Source: an uncultured Actinomycetes bacterium
GTDB taxonomy: Bacteria; Actinomycetota; Acidimicrobiia; Spongiisociales; DATADW01
Direction: 5' to 3'
Assembly (NCBI GenBank): GCA_963780745.1
Contig: CAWACT010000010.1
Coordinates: forward strand, 196,555-260,554
DNA length: 64,000 nt
Shown: piece after piece, positions 19,879 to 31,533 of the stretch
How positions within the stretch are numbered: the stretch's first letter is position 1
Layout of the letters: each line of letters opens with the position of its first letter
Notes under the pieces: model-generated
Told to the model about the DNA's origin: nothing
The model's input: only the letters and a program-made list of their open reading frames with translations
Database searches by the model: none
Program-made: the position numbers and the translations under genes

Positions 19879-20663
19879 GGCAATGAGAAGGAGAACCTCG
19901 CGCCGGTGGGGATTCTGTGCTCGTAGGTGACATCGCCGCCCATGGCGCGGGCGAGGGTCCGGGCTATGGGGAGGCCGAGCCCAATGCCGCTCACCTGCCC
20001 CTGAGTGCGCTCGAAGGGCTCGAAGAGGCGCTCCTCCTCGCCGGGAGGAATGCCGGTGCCCGCGTCGGCGACGGTGAGAACGAACCGTCCCGAGCGGACG
20101 ACCCCTTCCACAGCGACCGGTGGGCGGCCGTACTTCCGGGCGTTCTCCACCAGGTTGCGGACGACTTGCTCGACACGGTTTGGGTCGGCGACGACCAGCG
20201 CGATGTCGGGCAGATCGATCTCGACCTTCGACTCCTCATCCTGGAACACCGTTTCCGCCACGCCGCGCACCAGCGGCACCAGATCCATCTCCACCGGCTC
20301 AACTCGGAGCCGCCCGGTCTCGGCACCGGGGATGACCATGAGGTCCTCGACCAGCCCTGCGAGCCGCCGACCCTGGCTGGAGACGTTGTCGAGGGCACGG
20401 TCCACCTCCTCGGCAGGGATGTGGCGCCAGCGGTCCCGGACCGCCTCGGTCAGTCCGACCATGGTCTGGAGCGGCCCGCGTAGGTCGTGAGCCACCATCC
20501 CCATCATGTCCTTGGTGAACTCCACCGACCTCCCGGCAGCGTCGATTGCCTCCTGTTCGCGGCGGCGCGCCTGGGAGACGAAGAAGAAGGCGAACGGGAT
20601 GCTCACCAGCGCGATCGCACCGAGGGCCAATGCCAACAGCTCAACGAACCGAACCAGAGTCAT
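19860..20663 (-). CDS. Sensor histidine kinase (single TM, HisKA + HATPase)
   Basis: AHDLRGPL, NLVENARKY, DAGTGI, LFEPF, GLGL. Confidence 0.9.
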   Translation of the reverse strand: MTLVRFVELLALALGAIALVSIPFAFFFVSQARRREQEAIDAAGRSVEFTKDMMGMVAHDLRGPLQTMVGLTEAVRDRWRHIPAEEVDRALDNVSSQGRRLAGLVEDLMVIPGAETGRLRVEPVEMDLVPLVRGVAETVFQDEESKVEIDLPDIALVVADPNRVEQVVRNLVENARKYGRPPVAVEGVVRSGRFVLTVADAGTGIPPGEEERLFEPFERTQGQVSGIGLGLPIARTLARAMGGDVTYEHRIPTGARFSFSLPLGSGS

Positions 20664-20729
20664 TCCAGAGCCTGTCGCTCACTGGATCCGTCGAGGGCGG
20701 ACGCCCTCGACACTGTTATCGGCCTTCGG

Positions 20730-22316
20730 TTACTCCCACTCGATGGTCGCGGGAGGTTTTGAGGAAATGTCATAGGCCACCCGATTCACCCCCGGGACCT
20801 CATTGATCACCCTCGTCGAAATCTGTTCCAACACTTCATAAGGGAGCCGAGCCCAATCGGCCGTCATGGCGTCGTCGCTGGTCACTGCCCGGATCACGAT
20901 CGGATATGCGTAGGTACGACCATCCCCCTGGACGCCGACGGTCCGCACTGCGGGCAGAACGGCGAACGCCTGCCAGAGCTCCCGTGCCAACCCGGCCCTC
21001 CTTATCTCCTCGACCACTATGGCATCGGCGGCCCGCAGCACCTCGAGCCGCTCGGCGGTCACCTCGCCTACAACCCTGACCGCCAGCCCCGGCCCGGGGA
21101 AGGGCTGGCGCCATACGATCTCCTCCGGTAGCCCAAGCTCTTCGCCGACCGCCCGAACCTCGTCCTTGAACAGGTCGCGGAGCGGTTCGATCAACTCGAA
21201 CCGCATGTCGGCGGGAAGGCCCCCGACGTTGTGGTGGCTCTTGATCCTGGCCGCATCGCTCGTGCCCGACTCGATGACGTCGGGGTACAGGGTCCCCTGG
21301 ACGAGGAAGCGGGAGTCGGCATGGTCGGCAGCCACCTCCTCGAATACGCGGATGAAGGTCTCCCCGATCCTCTTCCGCTTCACCTCGGGGTCATCGACAC
21401 CGCCGAGTTGCTCGAGAAAGCGATCGGCGGCCTTGACATGGACCAGATCGACGCCGAAATGACGGCGGAAGGTCTCCTCGACCTGCTCCGCCTCCCCGGC
21501 ACGCAGCAGCCCGTGGTCAACGAAAATGCAGGTGAGACGATCACCCACCGCCTCATGGACGATGGCCGCGGCCACCGCCGAGTCGACCCCGCCGGAGAGG
21601 GCGCACAACACCTTCTCGTGTCCAACCCTCCGGCGCACCGCGGCTACCGATTGCTCGATGATGGAGTGTGAGGTCCAGGTCGGGCGGGCGCCGGCGACGT
21701 CAAAGAGAAAAGCGTGGAGGATCTCGCTCCCCCGCGGCGTGTGCGCCACCTCGGGGTGGAACTGGACCCCGAGCAGCCGACGTTGGCTGTCCTCCATGGC
21801 CGCAACCGGCGAGCCGGCGCTGGTGGCCACCGAGACGAACCCCGCAGGCGGCATGGTGACCGCATCGCCATGGCTCATCCAGACCTCGAGCGAATCGGGC
21901 AGGTCCTCGAAGAGAACCGAGTTGGCGGTCACGGCAAGCTCGGTCTTGCCGTACTCACCGCCCCCGGTCGGGGCAACGGTCCCGCCGAGCTCGCTGGCGA
22001 TGAGCTGGTGGCCGTAGCAGATGCCGAGCGCCGGTATGCCGGTCTCGAATATGGCTGGGTCGATGCGGTAGGCGTTCTCGGCGTAGACCGAGAGCGGGCC
22101 CCCGGAGAGGATGATGGCGCTCGGTCTCCGGCGCTCCAACTCTCCGGCGGTGATGGTGCGCGGCACGATCTCGGAGTGGACGTGAGCTTCGCGCACCCTC
22201 CTGGCGATCAGTTGGGCGTATTGCGCCCCGAGATCGACCACCAGCACCGTGTCGTGATGGTCTGCCTCGTCGGCTGCCTGCTCGCGGGCATCGGGGATAG
22301 CTGACGGTCCGGTCAA
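20730..22316 (-). CDS. guaA: GMP synthase
   Basis: [39 protein letters not shown]. Confidence 0.97.
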   Translation of the reverse strand: MTGPSAIPDAREQAADEADHHDTVLVVDLGAQYAQLIARRVREAHVHSEIVPRTITAGELERRRPSAIILSGGPLSVYAENAYRIDPAIFETGIPALGICYGHQLIASELGGTVAPTGGGEYGKTELAVTANSVLFEDLPDSLEVWMSHGDAVTMPPAGFVSVATSAGSPVAAMEDSQRRLLGVQFHPEVAHTPRGSEILHAFLFDVAGARPTWTSHSIIEQSVAAVRRRVGHEKVLCALSGGVDSAVAAAIVHEAVGDRLTCIFVDHGLLRAGEAEQVEETFRRHFGVDLVHVKAADRFLEQLGGVDDPEVKRKRIGETFIRVFEEVAADHADSRFLVQGTLYPDVIESGTSDAARIKSHHNVGGLPADMRFELIEPLRDLFKDEVRAVGEELGLPEEIVWRQPFPGPGLAVRVVGEVTAERLEVLRAADAIVVEEIRRAGLARELWQAFAVLPAVRTVGVQGDGRTYAYPIVIRAVTSDDAMTADWARLPYEVLEQISTRVINEVPGVNRVAYDISSKPPATIEWE

Positions 22317-23470
22317 GCCATCCCGACCCGCTGGGCTCGTTGCAGTGCCTTCCCCTCGGTCTGGAGCGAGGGCGCCAACATCACCTCCGCCTTCTGGAAT
22401 TCCTTGACGTCGGCATACCCGGTGGTCGCCATCGAGGTGCGCAGAGCTCCGAAGAGGTTGCGCTTCCCATCGTTCTCGTGCGCCGGACCGACGAGGATCT
22501 CGGCGAGCGAGCCCAACTGACCCACCTGCACCCGCGTCCCCCTAGGCAAGGTGGGGTGGAAGGTGGCCATGCCCCAGTGGTAACCCCTCCCGGGGGCCTC
22601 AATCGCGGCGGCCAGCGGGGAGCCGAGCATCACTGCGTCGGCGCCGCACGCGATCGCCTTGGCCACGTCACCGCCGGTGCGCATCCCCCCATCGGCAAGG
22701 ACATGGACGTAGCGACCGGTCTCGTCGAGATGGCGGATCCTGGCGCCGGCGGCGTCGGCGATCGCCGTGGCCTGGGGCACTCCGATCCCGAGCACCGCCC
22801 GGGTGGTGCAGGCGGCTCCCGGCCCGACACCGACCAAGATCCCGACCGCTCCGGTCCGCATGAGATGGAGGGCGGTGGAGTAGCTGGCGCACCCCCCGAC
22901 GATGACAGGTGCTTCGCACTCGGCGATGAACTTCTTCAAGTTGAGTGGCTCGACCCGGGTGGATACATGTTCGGCGGAGACCACCGTCCCCTGTATCACC
23001 AGGATGTCGAGCCCGGCCTCGAGGGCGAGCGGCGACAGGGTGGCCACCTTCTGCGGGGTGAGGCTGGCGGCTGTCACCACTCCCGCTTCTCTCATCTCCT
23101 CGATGCGACGACCGATCAGGTCGGGCTCGATCGGCTGCAGGTATATCTCCTGCATCCGGCGAGTCGCCTTCTCGGCGGGGAGATCGGCAATTTCGTCGTA
23201 GTAGGGGTTCGGGTCCTCGTACCGAGTCCAGAGCCCCTCCAGGTTGAGGACACCGAGCCCGCCCAGTTGGCCGATGGCGATCGCCGTCTCCGGGCTGAGT
23301 GCCGAGTCCATCGCCGCTCCCAGCATGGGCAACTCAAAACGGAAGGCATCGAGTTGCCATGAGATGTCGATGTCATCGGGATCGCGGGTGCGGCGACTGG
23401 GTACCACGGCGATCTCGTCGAACCCAAAGGCCTGTCTCGCCGACTTGCCGATTCCGATATCGATCTCCAC
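22313..23470 (-). CDS. guaB3: GuaB3 family IMP dehydrogenase
   Basis: [45 protein letters not shown]. Confidence 0.92.
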   Translation of the reverse strand: MEIDIGIGKSARQAFGFDEIAVVPSRRTRDPDDIDISWQLDAFRFELPMLGAAMDSALSPETAIAIGQLGGLGVLNLEGLWTRYEDPNPYYDEIADLPAEKATRRMQEIYLQPIEPDLIGRRIEEMREAGVVTAASLTPQKVATLSPLALEAGLDILVIQGTVVSAEHVSTRVEPLNLKKFIAECEAPVIVGGCASYSTALHLMRTGAVGILVGVGPGAACTTRAVLGIGVPQATAIADAAGARIRHLDETGRYVHVLADGGMRTGGDVAKAIACGADAVMLGSPLAAAIEAPGRGYHWGMATFHPTLPRGTRVQVGQLGSLAEILVGPAHENDGKRNLFGALRTSMATTGYADVKEFQKAEVMLAPSLQTEGKALQRAQRVGMA

Positions 23471-23541
23471 CGCTCACCTCCGCCCGAGGAATGGTCGCCG
23501 CGGCCACGGTACCAGTGGGGCCCGACGTCCCGTATCAACGA

Positions 23542-23628
23542 GCCAACCCTGGGCTGGGGAGTACCGCTGGGGTAGCTGCCAACCCAGGGCTGGGGAGTAC
23601 CGCTGGGGTAGCTGCCAACCCTGGGCTG
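23542..23628. repeat. 36-bp tandem repeat, about 2.4 copies
   Basis: Unit GCCAACCCWGGGCTGGGGAGTACCGCTGGGGTAGCT with no spacers. Confidence 0.88.
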
Positions 23629-23652
23629 AACTCCTGCCCTACCTAACCTGGC

Positions 23653-24393
23653 ATGGTGACCGAACCGACACCTCAGGCACCGCCCACGGACGGCCGACTG
23701 GCGCCGAGCCTGAGCGACTTCTTCCTGGTGCTGGGGCTCGGCGTGGCATCGGCTGTCATCGCCGGCCTGGTCGTTGGCAGGGAACTCACCCCTTTCCTGG
23801 TGTTTGCCGTCATCCTGCCCGCCCAGTACGTCGGGCACATCGTCGGGATCGCCTGGGTGCTCAGGCAGCGCCACCTCACCCTGAACGATCTCGGATTCGA
23901 GATCAACGGAGTGGACCCGGCCTATCTGCTCCTCGGGATGCTTCTCCAGTTCGCTCTGGCCATCCTGGTCCTCCCCCTTGTCGATCTCGTCGGGCTCCCG
24001 GTGGTGGAGAGCCCCCAAGAGATCCAGACGCTGATCGTGGGTGAGCTGACCACACCGGCGCGGGTGGCCCTCATGCTGAGCACGGCGCTTCTCGCTCCGG
24101 TGGTCGAAGAGCTCATGTTCCGGGGGATGCTGCTGCAAACCGCGCTCGCCCGTTGGGGGCGGAGGGCCGCCGTGCTGATCACGTCGGCTGCATTCGCCGG
24201 CCTCCACTTGGTCACGCTGGACCCGAGCCAGTTCCTGGCCGCTGCGGTGATCACCCTCCCGCGCTTCTTCATCATGGGGCTCGTGCTGGCTTCCCTCACC
24301 CTGCGCCGCGGCCGGCTTGGTCCGGCGATCTTCACCCACGCCGGATTCAACCTGATTGGTGTGATCGCCCTCTTCGTCACCGCCCCCGCTTGA
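23653..24393 (+). CDS. CPBP family intramembrane metalloprotease
   Basis: APVVEELMFRG, FAGLH, HAGFN. Confidence 0.9.
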   Translation: MVTEPTPQAPPTDGRLAPSLSDFFLVLGLGVASAVIAGLVVGRELTPFLVFAVILPAQYVGHIVGIAWVLRQRHLTLNDLGFEINGVDPAYLLLGMLLQFALAILVLPLVDLVGLPVVESPQEIQTLIVGELTTPARVALMLSTALLAPVVEELMFRGMLLQTALARWGRRAAVLITSAAFAGLHLVTLDPSQFLAAAVITLPRFFIMGLVLASLTLRRGRLGPAIFTHAGFNLIGVIALFVTAPA

Positions 24394-24399
24394 GCCTGC

Positions 24400-25392
24400 T
24401 CAGGAGGCGCCGAGCCCAACCCGTCCCCTGACCGAGACCATGGTCTCCTCGGCGCGGATACGCGCCTCGAGGGCGCCCTGCTGCATGAGCCGGGCCACCT
24501 CTCGGTCGTCGAGCGCCCGGTAGGCGCGCCGGATGGGGGCCAGACCCTCGTCAACCGCCTCGGCGACCGCCGCCTTGAAGGAGCCGTAGCCCCCGTCGTG
24601 GAACTCACCCACCAGGTCGTCGATCGGCTTGCCGGTGAAGAAGGCGAGCAACTCGAGCAGGTTCGAGATCCCCGGCTTGCGGTCCCAGTCGTACTCGACG
24701 TAACGCTCCGAATCGGTGACCGCACTGCGGATGCGGCTCCTGACCGTGTCGGCGTCGTCGAGCAAGAGCACCCGCGACGTCGGATCGGGATCGGACTTGG
24801 ACATCTTGGCCGTCGGGTCCTGCAAAGACGTCACCCGGGCACCAATGTCGGGCGTGATGCGATCGGGGATGGGGAACTCCTCGCCGAAGCGACTGTTGAA
24901 CCTCTCCGCCAAGTCGCGTGTCAGCTCGAGGTGCTGGGTCTGGTCCTCACCCACCGGGACAGCATGGACCCGGTGGATCAGGATGTCGGCGACCATCAGA
25001 ACGGGATAGGCGAGCAGCCCCAAATTCTGGCCCGACCGGTCTGACTTCTCCTTGAACTGTGTCATCCGTTGCAGCTGGCCCAGACCGGTGATCGTGCCCA
25101 GGATCCACGCCAACTCGGAGTGCTGGGGGACCTGGCTCTGGTAGTAGAGCAACGATCTATGGGGATCGACCCCCATGGCCAAGAGCATTTTGGCCGTCTC
25201 GATCCGGCCTCGTTGCAGCTCTGCCGGGTCATAGGGGATGGTCATCGCATGGAGATCGACCACGCAATAGACGGTGTCGTACTCCTCCTGCAGCGCCACG
25301 TAGTTGCGGCCCGCCCCCACGTAGTTGCCGATGTGGACGTTCCCGGTGGGTTGGATCCCCGAGAACACGCGCTTGCGATCGCTCATCACCAT
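24400..25392 (-). CDS. trpS: Tryptophanyl-tRNA synthetase
   Basis: SGIQPTG, HIGN, VPVGEDQ.QHLE, KMSKS. Confidence 0.96.
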   Translation of the reverse strand: MVMSDRKRVFSGIQPTGNVHIGNYVGAGRNYVALQEEYDTVYCVVDLHAMTIPYDPAELQRGRIETAKMLLAMGVDPHRSLLYYQSQVPQHSELAWILGTITGLGQLQRMTQFKEKSDRSGQNLGLLAYPVLMVADILIHRVHAVPVGEDQTQHLELTRDLAERFNSRFGEEFPIPDRITPDIGARVTSLQDPTAKMSKSDPDPTSRVLLLDDADTVRSRIRSAVTDSERYVEYDWDRKPGISNLLELLAFFTGKPIDDLVGEFHDGGYGSFKAAVAEAVDEGLAPIRRAYRALDDREVARLMQQGALEARIRAEETMVSVRGRVGLGAS

Positions 25393-25398
25393 TCCTTA

Positions 25399-25500
25399 TA
25401 AAGAAACCGCCGGGGCCTCCGGCGGATCGATGTCGCGGCGAGACCCAGTTCTACTCCTCGACGCCAGACCACCTTGCTGCGCTCATCGCCCATGAGCCTA
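25399..25500 (-). promoter_or_regulatory. Candidate trpS attenuator: -10 TAGGCT, leader MSAARWSGVEE (25486-25451), terminator just before the RBS
   Basis: Minus strand CCGCCGG-AGGCC-CCGGCGG-TTTCTTT immediately upstream of AAGGAA-TGGTG-ATG. Confidence 0.5.
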
Positions 25501-25529
25501 GCCCGTACCGGCTCCCGTCGTCCGGGCGC

Positions 25530-26236
25530 TCAGCGCCCACCGGCCACCGATCCGACCGCTCTGGGGAAGACGTCGGAGAAGGTGAGCAGCAGCACGAAGA
25601 GCGCCACGAAACGCTGTCCGGAGACCCACGCCCAAACCGCCACCCCCAGTCCGACCACGATCGAGATGACCCGGAGGGTGACCGCAGAGGGTTTGGGGGG
25701 AGAGTGGCGTCGAGGATCCTCGCCAGCATGTGATGCCCATCCAGACCGCGGATGGGAACCCAGTTGAAGATGCCCCATACAACGCTCACCCAGATGAAGA
25801 CGGCGACGCCTAACGCCAGCAGATCGCCGAGTCCGATGGCGAGTCCGATCATGGCCCCGAACGATCCGCTAGCCGAGACTTCGGCGGCTGCGCCCAAGAG
25901 ACCCTGACGGGCGGCGAGCCAAACGACCATTCCCGCCACGATCTCCACCGCCGATCCCGTCGCTGAGATGATGAACCCCTGCCCATTGCTGAACGGCTTT
26001 GTCGGGACCATGCGGGTGACGCCGCCCAATGCGTACAGAGTCACCATCGCCTCGCCTTTGAAGCTGCGCGCCGCCACGGCGTGCCCCAGCTCGTGGATGA
26101 GCACCGAGAGGATGGCGACCCCGGTGAACACCGCGATCTCGACACCCTGGAAGCCGCCGTTCCAGGCAAAGAGAGCGAGCACCAACGCCGACCAGTGGAT
26201 CCGCACCGGAATCGGGCCGAGGGCGAACCTCAGCAT
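25530..26236 (-). CDS. M50 family site-2 protease (frameshift near 25700)
   Basis: GPIPVRIH, HELGH, FNWVPIRGLDG; hydrophobic tail in frame of ORF 25530..25778. Confidence 0.85.
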
Positions 26237-26269
26237 GCCGTCTCGATGAGTTGGTGTGACAAGGTCCGC

Positions 26270-27532
26270 CTACCCCCGGGAAAGGCCGAGACCCTGGGTG
26301 TCGGCCTGGCTTGCCTCTGCCCGGTCGTCAGGGTCCTCGAAATTGCGATCTATGGCCCGCCGAACCCGAGCCAGACGGTCGACAAGGGGGCCACGGCGGA
26401 ACTCCGGGACCTCGCCGAGCAGTTCGGCCAGCATCGCCAGGAGTCGGCGCATCACCTGTACCGATTTTGCGCCGTAGATCCGGATTTCGTCCGTTGCCAG
26501 GGCGACCAGGTCCTCCCACGAGGGAGTCGGGAAGACAAGCCGAAGCCGCCCGTCCTCGCGGACGTGCCCCTGTTCGAGTTTCCTACCGGCGATGCGACGC
26601 AGCATGTCCTCGAGGTGGTCGATGGCCATGACGGCGGTCGTCGGGTCGTTCACCGCAGGCGACAGCGCCCTGATGGCGATGTCCACCAACAGCCTGATGG
26701 CGTACTTCGGGTCCTGCTCGATGGTCCGCTCCACCGTGATGACCAGCGCCCGCCGCAGCAGCACGTTGGGTGCCTGGCGCTTGGCACCCCTGACTCTCGC
26801 TACCACTTCCCCACTCGCCATGGCGTCGCCCACCGAGACCACCAACTCAACGAGCCCGTCTATCCGACCGGCGATCCTGACCAGGGCGGCAGTGTCGGCG
26901 CGCGCCAGGACGCCGGGTGCGCCACGGTGCTTTACGACCTGGGTGACCTCGGGCAGATCGTCGACCTCGACCCGCTCTGCCTCGTCCGCTTTCGTCAACC
27001 GTGCCGGCAGCAATTCATCGATGGCGCGCCGGCCGCGATTGGCAACACCGGCGAGCACCGCGCCCACCCGCAGGCCGGCAACACGTCGTAGCAGAACGAT
27101 GAACATGGCAACGCTGACCAAAACGGCGACGACGGCCACCAGAACGGTGATTGTCGGGACCTGTCCCGAGCCGGCCGGGTCGACCCAGACCATCGAGACC
27201 AACGAGAAGACAAACGTACCGGCGAAGGCGCCCAGCGCGTTGAGCACCACCAAATCGTCCAGCAGGTAGATAGCCACCCGCGGCGAGTAGGCAGTGCTGC
27301 TGAATTGGACCAACAGCAGCATCATCGAGAAGACGATTCCGGTGAAGGCGATCATGCCGGATGTGATCGCCGCCAACGTGGAGAGGGCCGTCGATGGGGA
27401 TATGACAAAACCGAGCGACGGCAATCGGCGGTCGGTCCACACGAGGACCTGAGCCAGCAGAGCCGCCCCGATCACCCATGCGGCAGGAATGGCCCAGACC
27501 CGGGCCCTCGACACCGTTTTTCGCCTCGCCAC
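26270..27532 (-). CDS. DUF2254 membrane protein
   Basis: YSPR, RTIEQDP, LVDIAIRALSPAVNDPTTA. Confidence 0.9.
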   Translation of the reverse strand: MARRKTVSRARVWAIPAAWVIGAALLAQVLVWTDRRLPSLGFVISPSTALSTLAAITSGMIAFTGIVFSMMLLLVQFSSTAYSPRVAIYLLDDLVVLNALGAFAGTFVFSLVSMVWVDPAGSGQVPTITVLVAVVAVLVSVAMFIVLLRRVAGLRVGAVLAGVANRGRRAIDELLPARLTKADEAERVEVDDLPEVTQVVKHRGAPGVLARADTAALVRIAGRIDGLVELVVSVGDAMASGEVVARVRGAKRQAPNVLLRRALVITVERTIEQDPKYAIRLLVDIAIRALSPAVNDPTTAVMAIDHLEDMLRRIAGRKLEQGHVREDGRLRLVFPTPSWEDLVALATDEIRIYGAKSVQVMRRLLAMLAELLGEVPEFRRGPLVDRLARVRRAIDRNFEDPDDRAEASQADTQGLGLSRG

Positions 27533-27580
27533 GTCTTGGGATGGTAGGAGAGGAGGCTCGCTCGCTTCGCTCGCTCGCCG

Positions 27581-27610
27581 TTATGGGTTGTGGGTTATGG
27601 GTTCTGGGTT
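27581..27610. repeat. Heptamer tract (TTNTGGG)4
   Basis: TTATGGG TTGTGGG TTATGGG TTCTGGG, same family as 19733. Confidence 0.8.
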
Positions 27611-27621
27611 GGAGACGAACG

Positions 27622-27740
27622 GAGGGCGCTCCCCTCCCTGAAGGGAGGAGGTCTGGGGGGAGGGTGATCGCCGCGCGAGACCGTCACCCCCTCCGCTCGC
27701 TGGCGCTGGCAGGCCTCCCCCTCACCGGGGAAGGCGGAGG
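27622..27740. repeat. REP-like palindromic element, family A copy 3 (inverted)
   Basis: Reverse complement resembles 15495-15610. Confidence 0.72.
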
Positions 27741-27761
27741 CTCTTTCCGGCCGCCTCCCGT

Positions 27762-28794
27762 TCACATCGTTCTGGTCACCTTGCGGAGGCCGCGGGGGGC
27801 GTCGGGGTCGAGGCCGCGGGCGCGGGTTAGGTGGTAGGTGGCGAGCTGGGCGGCGACCACGGTGGGGATTGGCGCCAGCCACTCGGGGACACCGGGCGCC
27901 AGGTGCACCACCGATCCGGGAGGGTGGTGATCGGGTCGGTCGCTGAGCACGAATAGCTCGGCGCCGCGTTCCGCAACCGACTCGATCAACTCGTCGACGT
28001 CATCCTCGAGCTCTCCTGCCGTTGCAATGGCGAGCACGGGGAACCCGGGCTCCACCAACGCCATCGGCCCGTGACGGAAGTCCGCGGTCGAGTAGGGCTG
28101 TGCCAGCACCTGAGCCAGCTCTTGCAGTTTGAGCGCCCACTCGAACGCGGTTGCGTGCTGGAAACCGCGGGCGAGCACCGCGCACCTGTCGTCCTCGGCG
28201 AGCGGCGCCGCCGCCGACTCCAATTCCTTGCCTCGCTCCAACGCCGCGGCCACCTGTTGGGGAAGCTCTGCGAGGCTGGCACCGGGATCGGGCTCTCCGG
28301 CCAGCGCTTCGGAGAGCATCGCCACCACGGCGAGCTGACAGGTGTAGGTCTTTGTGGCCGCCACCGCTCTCTCTTCGCCCGCATACAGGGCGAGCACCTC
28401 GTCGGCGGCGGAAGCCAGCGGTGAGTCGGGGTCGTTGGTGATGGCGAGCGTCGGCCGCCGCCGCCTCCGTCGCCTCCTCGAGCACGCCGACCAGGTCGGG
28501 CGACTGGCCGGACTGCGAGATCCCCACGACCAGCGCACCTTCGAGGGACGGCGGTTGGCTGTACCCCCCGAAGAGCGATGGCGCCGCCGAGGCTACGGCC
28601 AATCCGTTGCGCGCTCCCCATACGTACTGGGCGTATCGGGCGGCGTTGTCCGAGGTGCCGCGCGCCGCGATCAACACCCATCCGATGTCCGACCCGTCGA
28701 TGAGCGCCCCGATCCGCGAGACCTGGCGGCGGTTTCCCTCGATCACCGACTCCAACCGGTCCGGTTGCTCGTGGATCTCGTCCCAAAGCGTCAC
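27762..28794 (-). CDS. SIS-domain sugar-phosphate isomerase/deaminase (GlmS C-terminal-like; frameshift near 28455)
   Basis: EIHEQP, ARGTSDNA, SQSGQSPD, VAATKT, ALKLQE, FRHGP, LRKVTRT. Confidence 0.88.
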
Positions 28795-29960
28795 TGCTCA
28801 TCATGCCTTCCCCATGACGGTCGGTTTGGAATACGATCTTGACCGCCGATGATCGTGGCGACGACATCTCCGTCGAAGTCGAAGATGGTGAGGTCGGCGC
28901 GGGCTCCGACGGCAACTCGGCCCCGGGTCGTGTCACCAATTACCCGAGCGGGCACCGTCGAGGCGGCGACGATCGCCTGGTCGAGCCGGCAGCCAGTGAA
29001 CCGGACGAGGTTGCGGACCGCGGCGTCGAGGGTGAGCACCGAACCGGCCAGTTGCCCGTCGGGGCCCACGGTCACAGCTCCCTCGACGCTCACCGACGAC
29101 CGGGCCCAGCGGGTGAGCGCCGTCGCCGAGACCGGTGGCGGCCACTGCGTCGGTGACCAGGACCAGCCGGTCGGGGCCGAGCGCCGCCCAGGCGAGAGCC
29201 ACCATCGCCGGATGGACGTGGACGCCATCGGCGATCACACCGGCGGTGAGCCCCGGCTCGGTGAGCAGGAACCCGGCGAGACCGGGCGCCCGATGGTGGA
29301 GCGGGGGCATGGCGTTGAAGAGGTGGGTCCCGTGGGTGACCCCGGCGGCGGCGGCGCTTGCTGCCTCGTCGTAGGTGGCGAGCGAGTGGCCGGCGGCGGC
29401 CACCACTCCGGCGGCGCGCAGCACCCGCACCACCTCGGTGGCTCCGGGCAACTCCGGTGCCAGCGTCACCATCGCCACCACACCGGACTGCGCCCATCTT
29501 TGGGCGTCGTCCACCGACGGAGGGCGGAGGGAGGCATCGGGGTGGGTCCCGCGTGCCCCGGGGGCGAGGAACGGCCCTTCGAGATGGAGTCCGAGCGGGA
29601 TGGCACCGCGGATAACCCGAGGGGCGGGCCAGCCAGCATGACATTTATGGCGGCGTCGGGATCGGACCCGGTGATGACGGTGGGAAGGTAGGCGGTGACA
29701 CCGGTTGACGCCAGCCATTCGCCGGCGGCCCACATCGAATCAGGTTGCGAGCTGACGTCGTGCCCGGCGACCCCGTTCACCTGCAGGTCGATCAGACCGG
29801 GGGCGACCACCAGACCGGTGGCGTCGAAGTCGAGCCGACCGGCCGGGCCCGTTTTCCCAACCGATGTGATGAGCCCGCCCTCGATGGTGACATCGGCCTC
29901 GGTCGGGCCGGTGGGTGTGATCACCGACCCGTTACGGACCACCAGCGGGTTGCCGGTCAC
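28791..29960 (-). CDS. nagA: N-acetylglucosamine-6-phosphate deacetylase (several frameshifts)
   Basis: PGLIDLQVNG, GLHLEGPF, TLAPE, THLFNAM, DGVHVHP, LVTDA, LAGS. Confidence 0.9.
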
Positions 29961-31532
29961 GACTCGCCGCCGTGGCCGCGTGGATAGAGACCCTCGATGG
30001 GAACCGGAAGACGGCCCAGGGTTGGCAGGCTCCCAAAGAGGGCCGCGGCCAACGCCCTCATCGCCGGCGGCTGGATGCCGTATGTGCACAGGTGAGTGCC
30101 CGCCGCCGGGTAGGAGGCGAGATCCCAAGGGGTGCGCAATGCCACCGTCACCGTCGGGGTGCCGGTGCCGATCAGCGCCTCGACGAGCTGGGCCTGCGCT
30201 CGATCGATGTGGGCGGAGACCGTGCCGACGACAACCAAGGCTGCCTCCTCGGCCTTCTGGCGAGCTGCGGAAACCTCGCTGGGGAGTGGAGGATGCGAGG
30301 TGACCATCTCCACCACCCGCGGGTGGTGCTCGGCCAACGACGCCGCCAGCAGGGGTGGCACGATGCTCGACGTGTCGGCGGGTGTGAGGTCGATCAGCCG
30401 GGGCATGACCGCCAAGATCGTGTCATCGGCGGCAGGACGGAGCGGGAGCAGCCCTTCCCGATCGCGCACGAGGGTGATGGCTCGCCTTGCTACCTCGTCG
30501 GCCAGGGCGTGATGTTCGGCCGACCCGACCACCTCGACCGCCGGCCGCCCGAAGCCAGCCAGCCATTTCCGTAGAGCGAGTACCCGGTCGGCCGACCGTT
30601 CCAAACCGCCGGGATCGATCAACCTGCGGCGGCGGGCCAGGTCCAAACCGGCGCGCAGCACTTCCTGCTGCTCCTCCCCATCGGCGCAGAGCAGGAGGTC
30701 GACCCCGGCGCCGAGCGCGGCGATCACATCGACCACCATCCCCGACCCTTGGGTGACGGCATGCATGTTGAGCGCATCGGTGATAACCACTCCGTCGAAA
30801 CCGAGGCTCTTTCTGAGCAGGCCGTCGACTACCTCGGCTGACAACGAGCTGGGCAGGTCGTCGCTCCAGGTGAAGGCAGGAAGGGCGTAGTGCCCGACCA
30901 TCACCATCCGGGCACCGGCGTCAACCGCGGCGCGGAAGGGGACCAACTCCACTTCCTCGAGCCTGTCCGCGATCGTGGTCGAGCACGGGAAGCTCGTAGT
31001 GGGGATCGACCACGGCGTCGCCCTTGCCCGGAAAGTGCTTGGCCGCCGCCGCCACCCCTTCCGCCTGGAGGCCGCGCACCATCGCCGCCGCCAGCTCTCC
31101 CACCCGTGCCGGATCGTCGCCAAAGGCGCGGATACCGAGCGAGGGGTTGTCCGGATGGGTGGCCAGGTCGCACACCGGGGCGTAGTCGACCGTGATCCCC
31201 AAGGCACGCAGCTCGCGGCCCATGGCCCGTCCCACCGCCTCGCTGAGGTCGGTGTCGTCGGCGGCGCCGAGCGCCATGTTGCCGGGGAACGGAGTCGTGG
31301 CGGGACCTGCGCCAAGCAACTGGCCCCCCTCGTGGTCCGCTGCGATCAGCAGCGGGAGATCGGTTCCGGCCGCCTCCTGCAATGCGGCGGTGAGCGCGGT
31401 CATCTCGGCCACCGATCCGACGTTGCTGTTGCCGAAGAGGGTGACTCCAGGCCGGTCGGCGAGCACCCGAGCCAGCCAAGGGGGGACCTCGATACCTTCG
31501 AAGGCCGCCATGAGCGCCCGCTCGGCGCTCAC
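29957..31532 (-). CDS. nagZ: GH3 beta-N-acetylhexosaminidase (frameshift near 30970)
   Basis: DHEGG, YAPVCD, KHFPG.G....DPH, GVVITDAL.M. Confidence 0.85.
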
Positions 31533-31533
31533 G

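Noticed and set aside
23542-23628. CRISPR array (36-bp repeat)
   Set aside because: Units are contiguous with no unique spacers, and no cas genes are present
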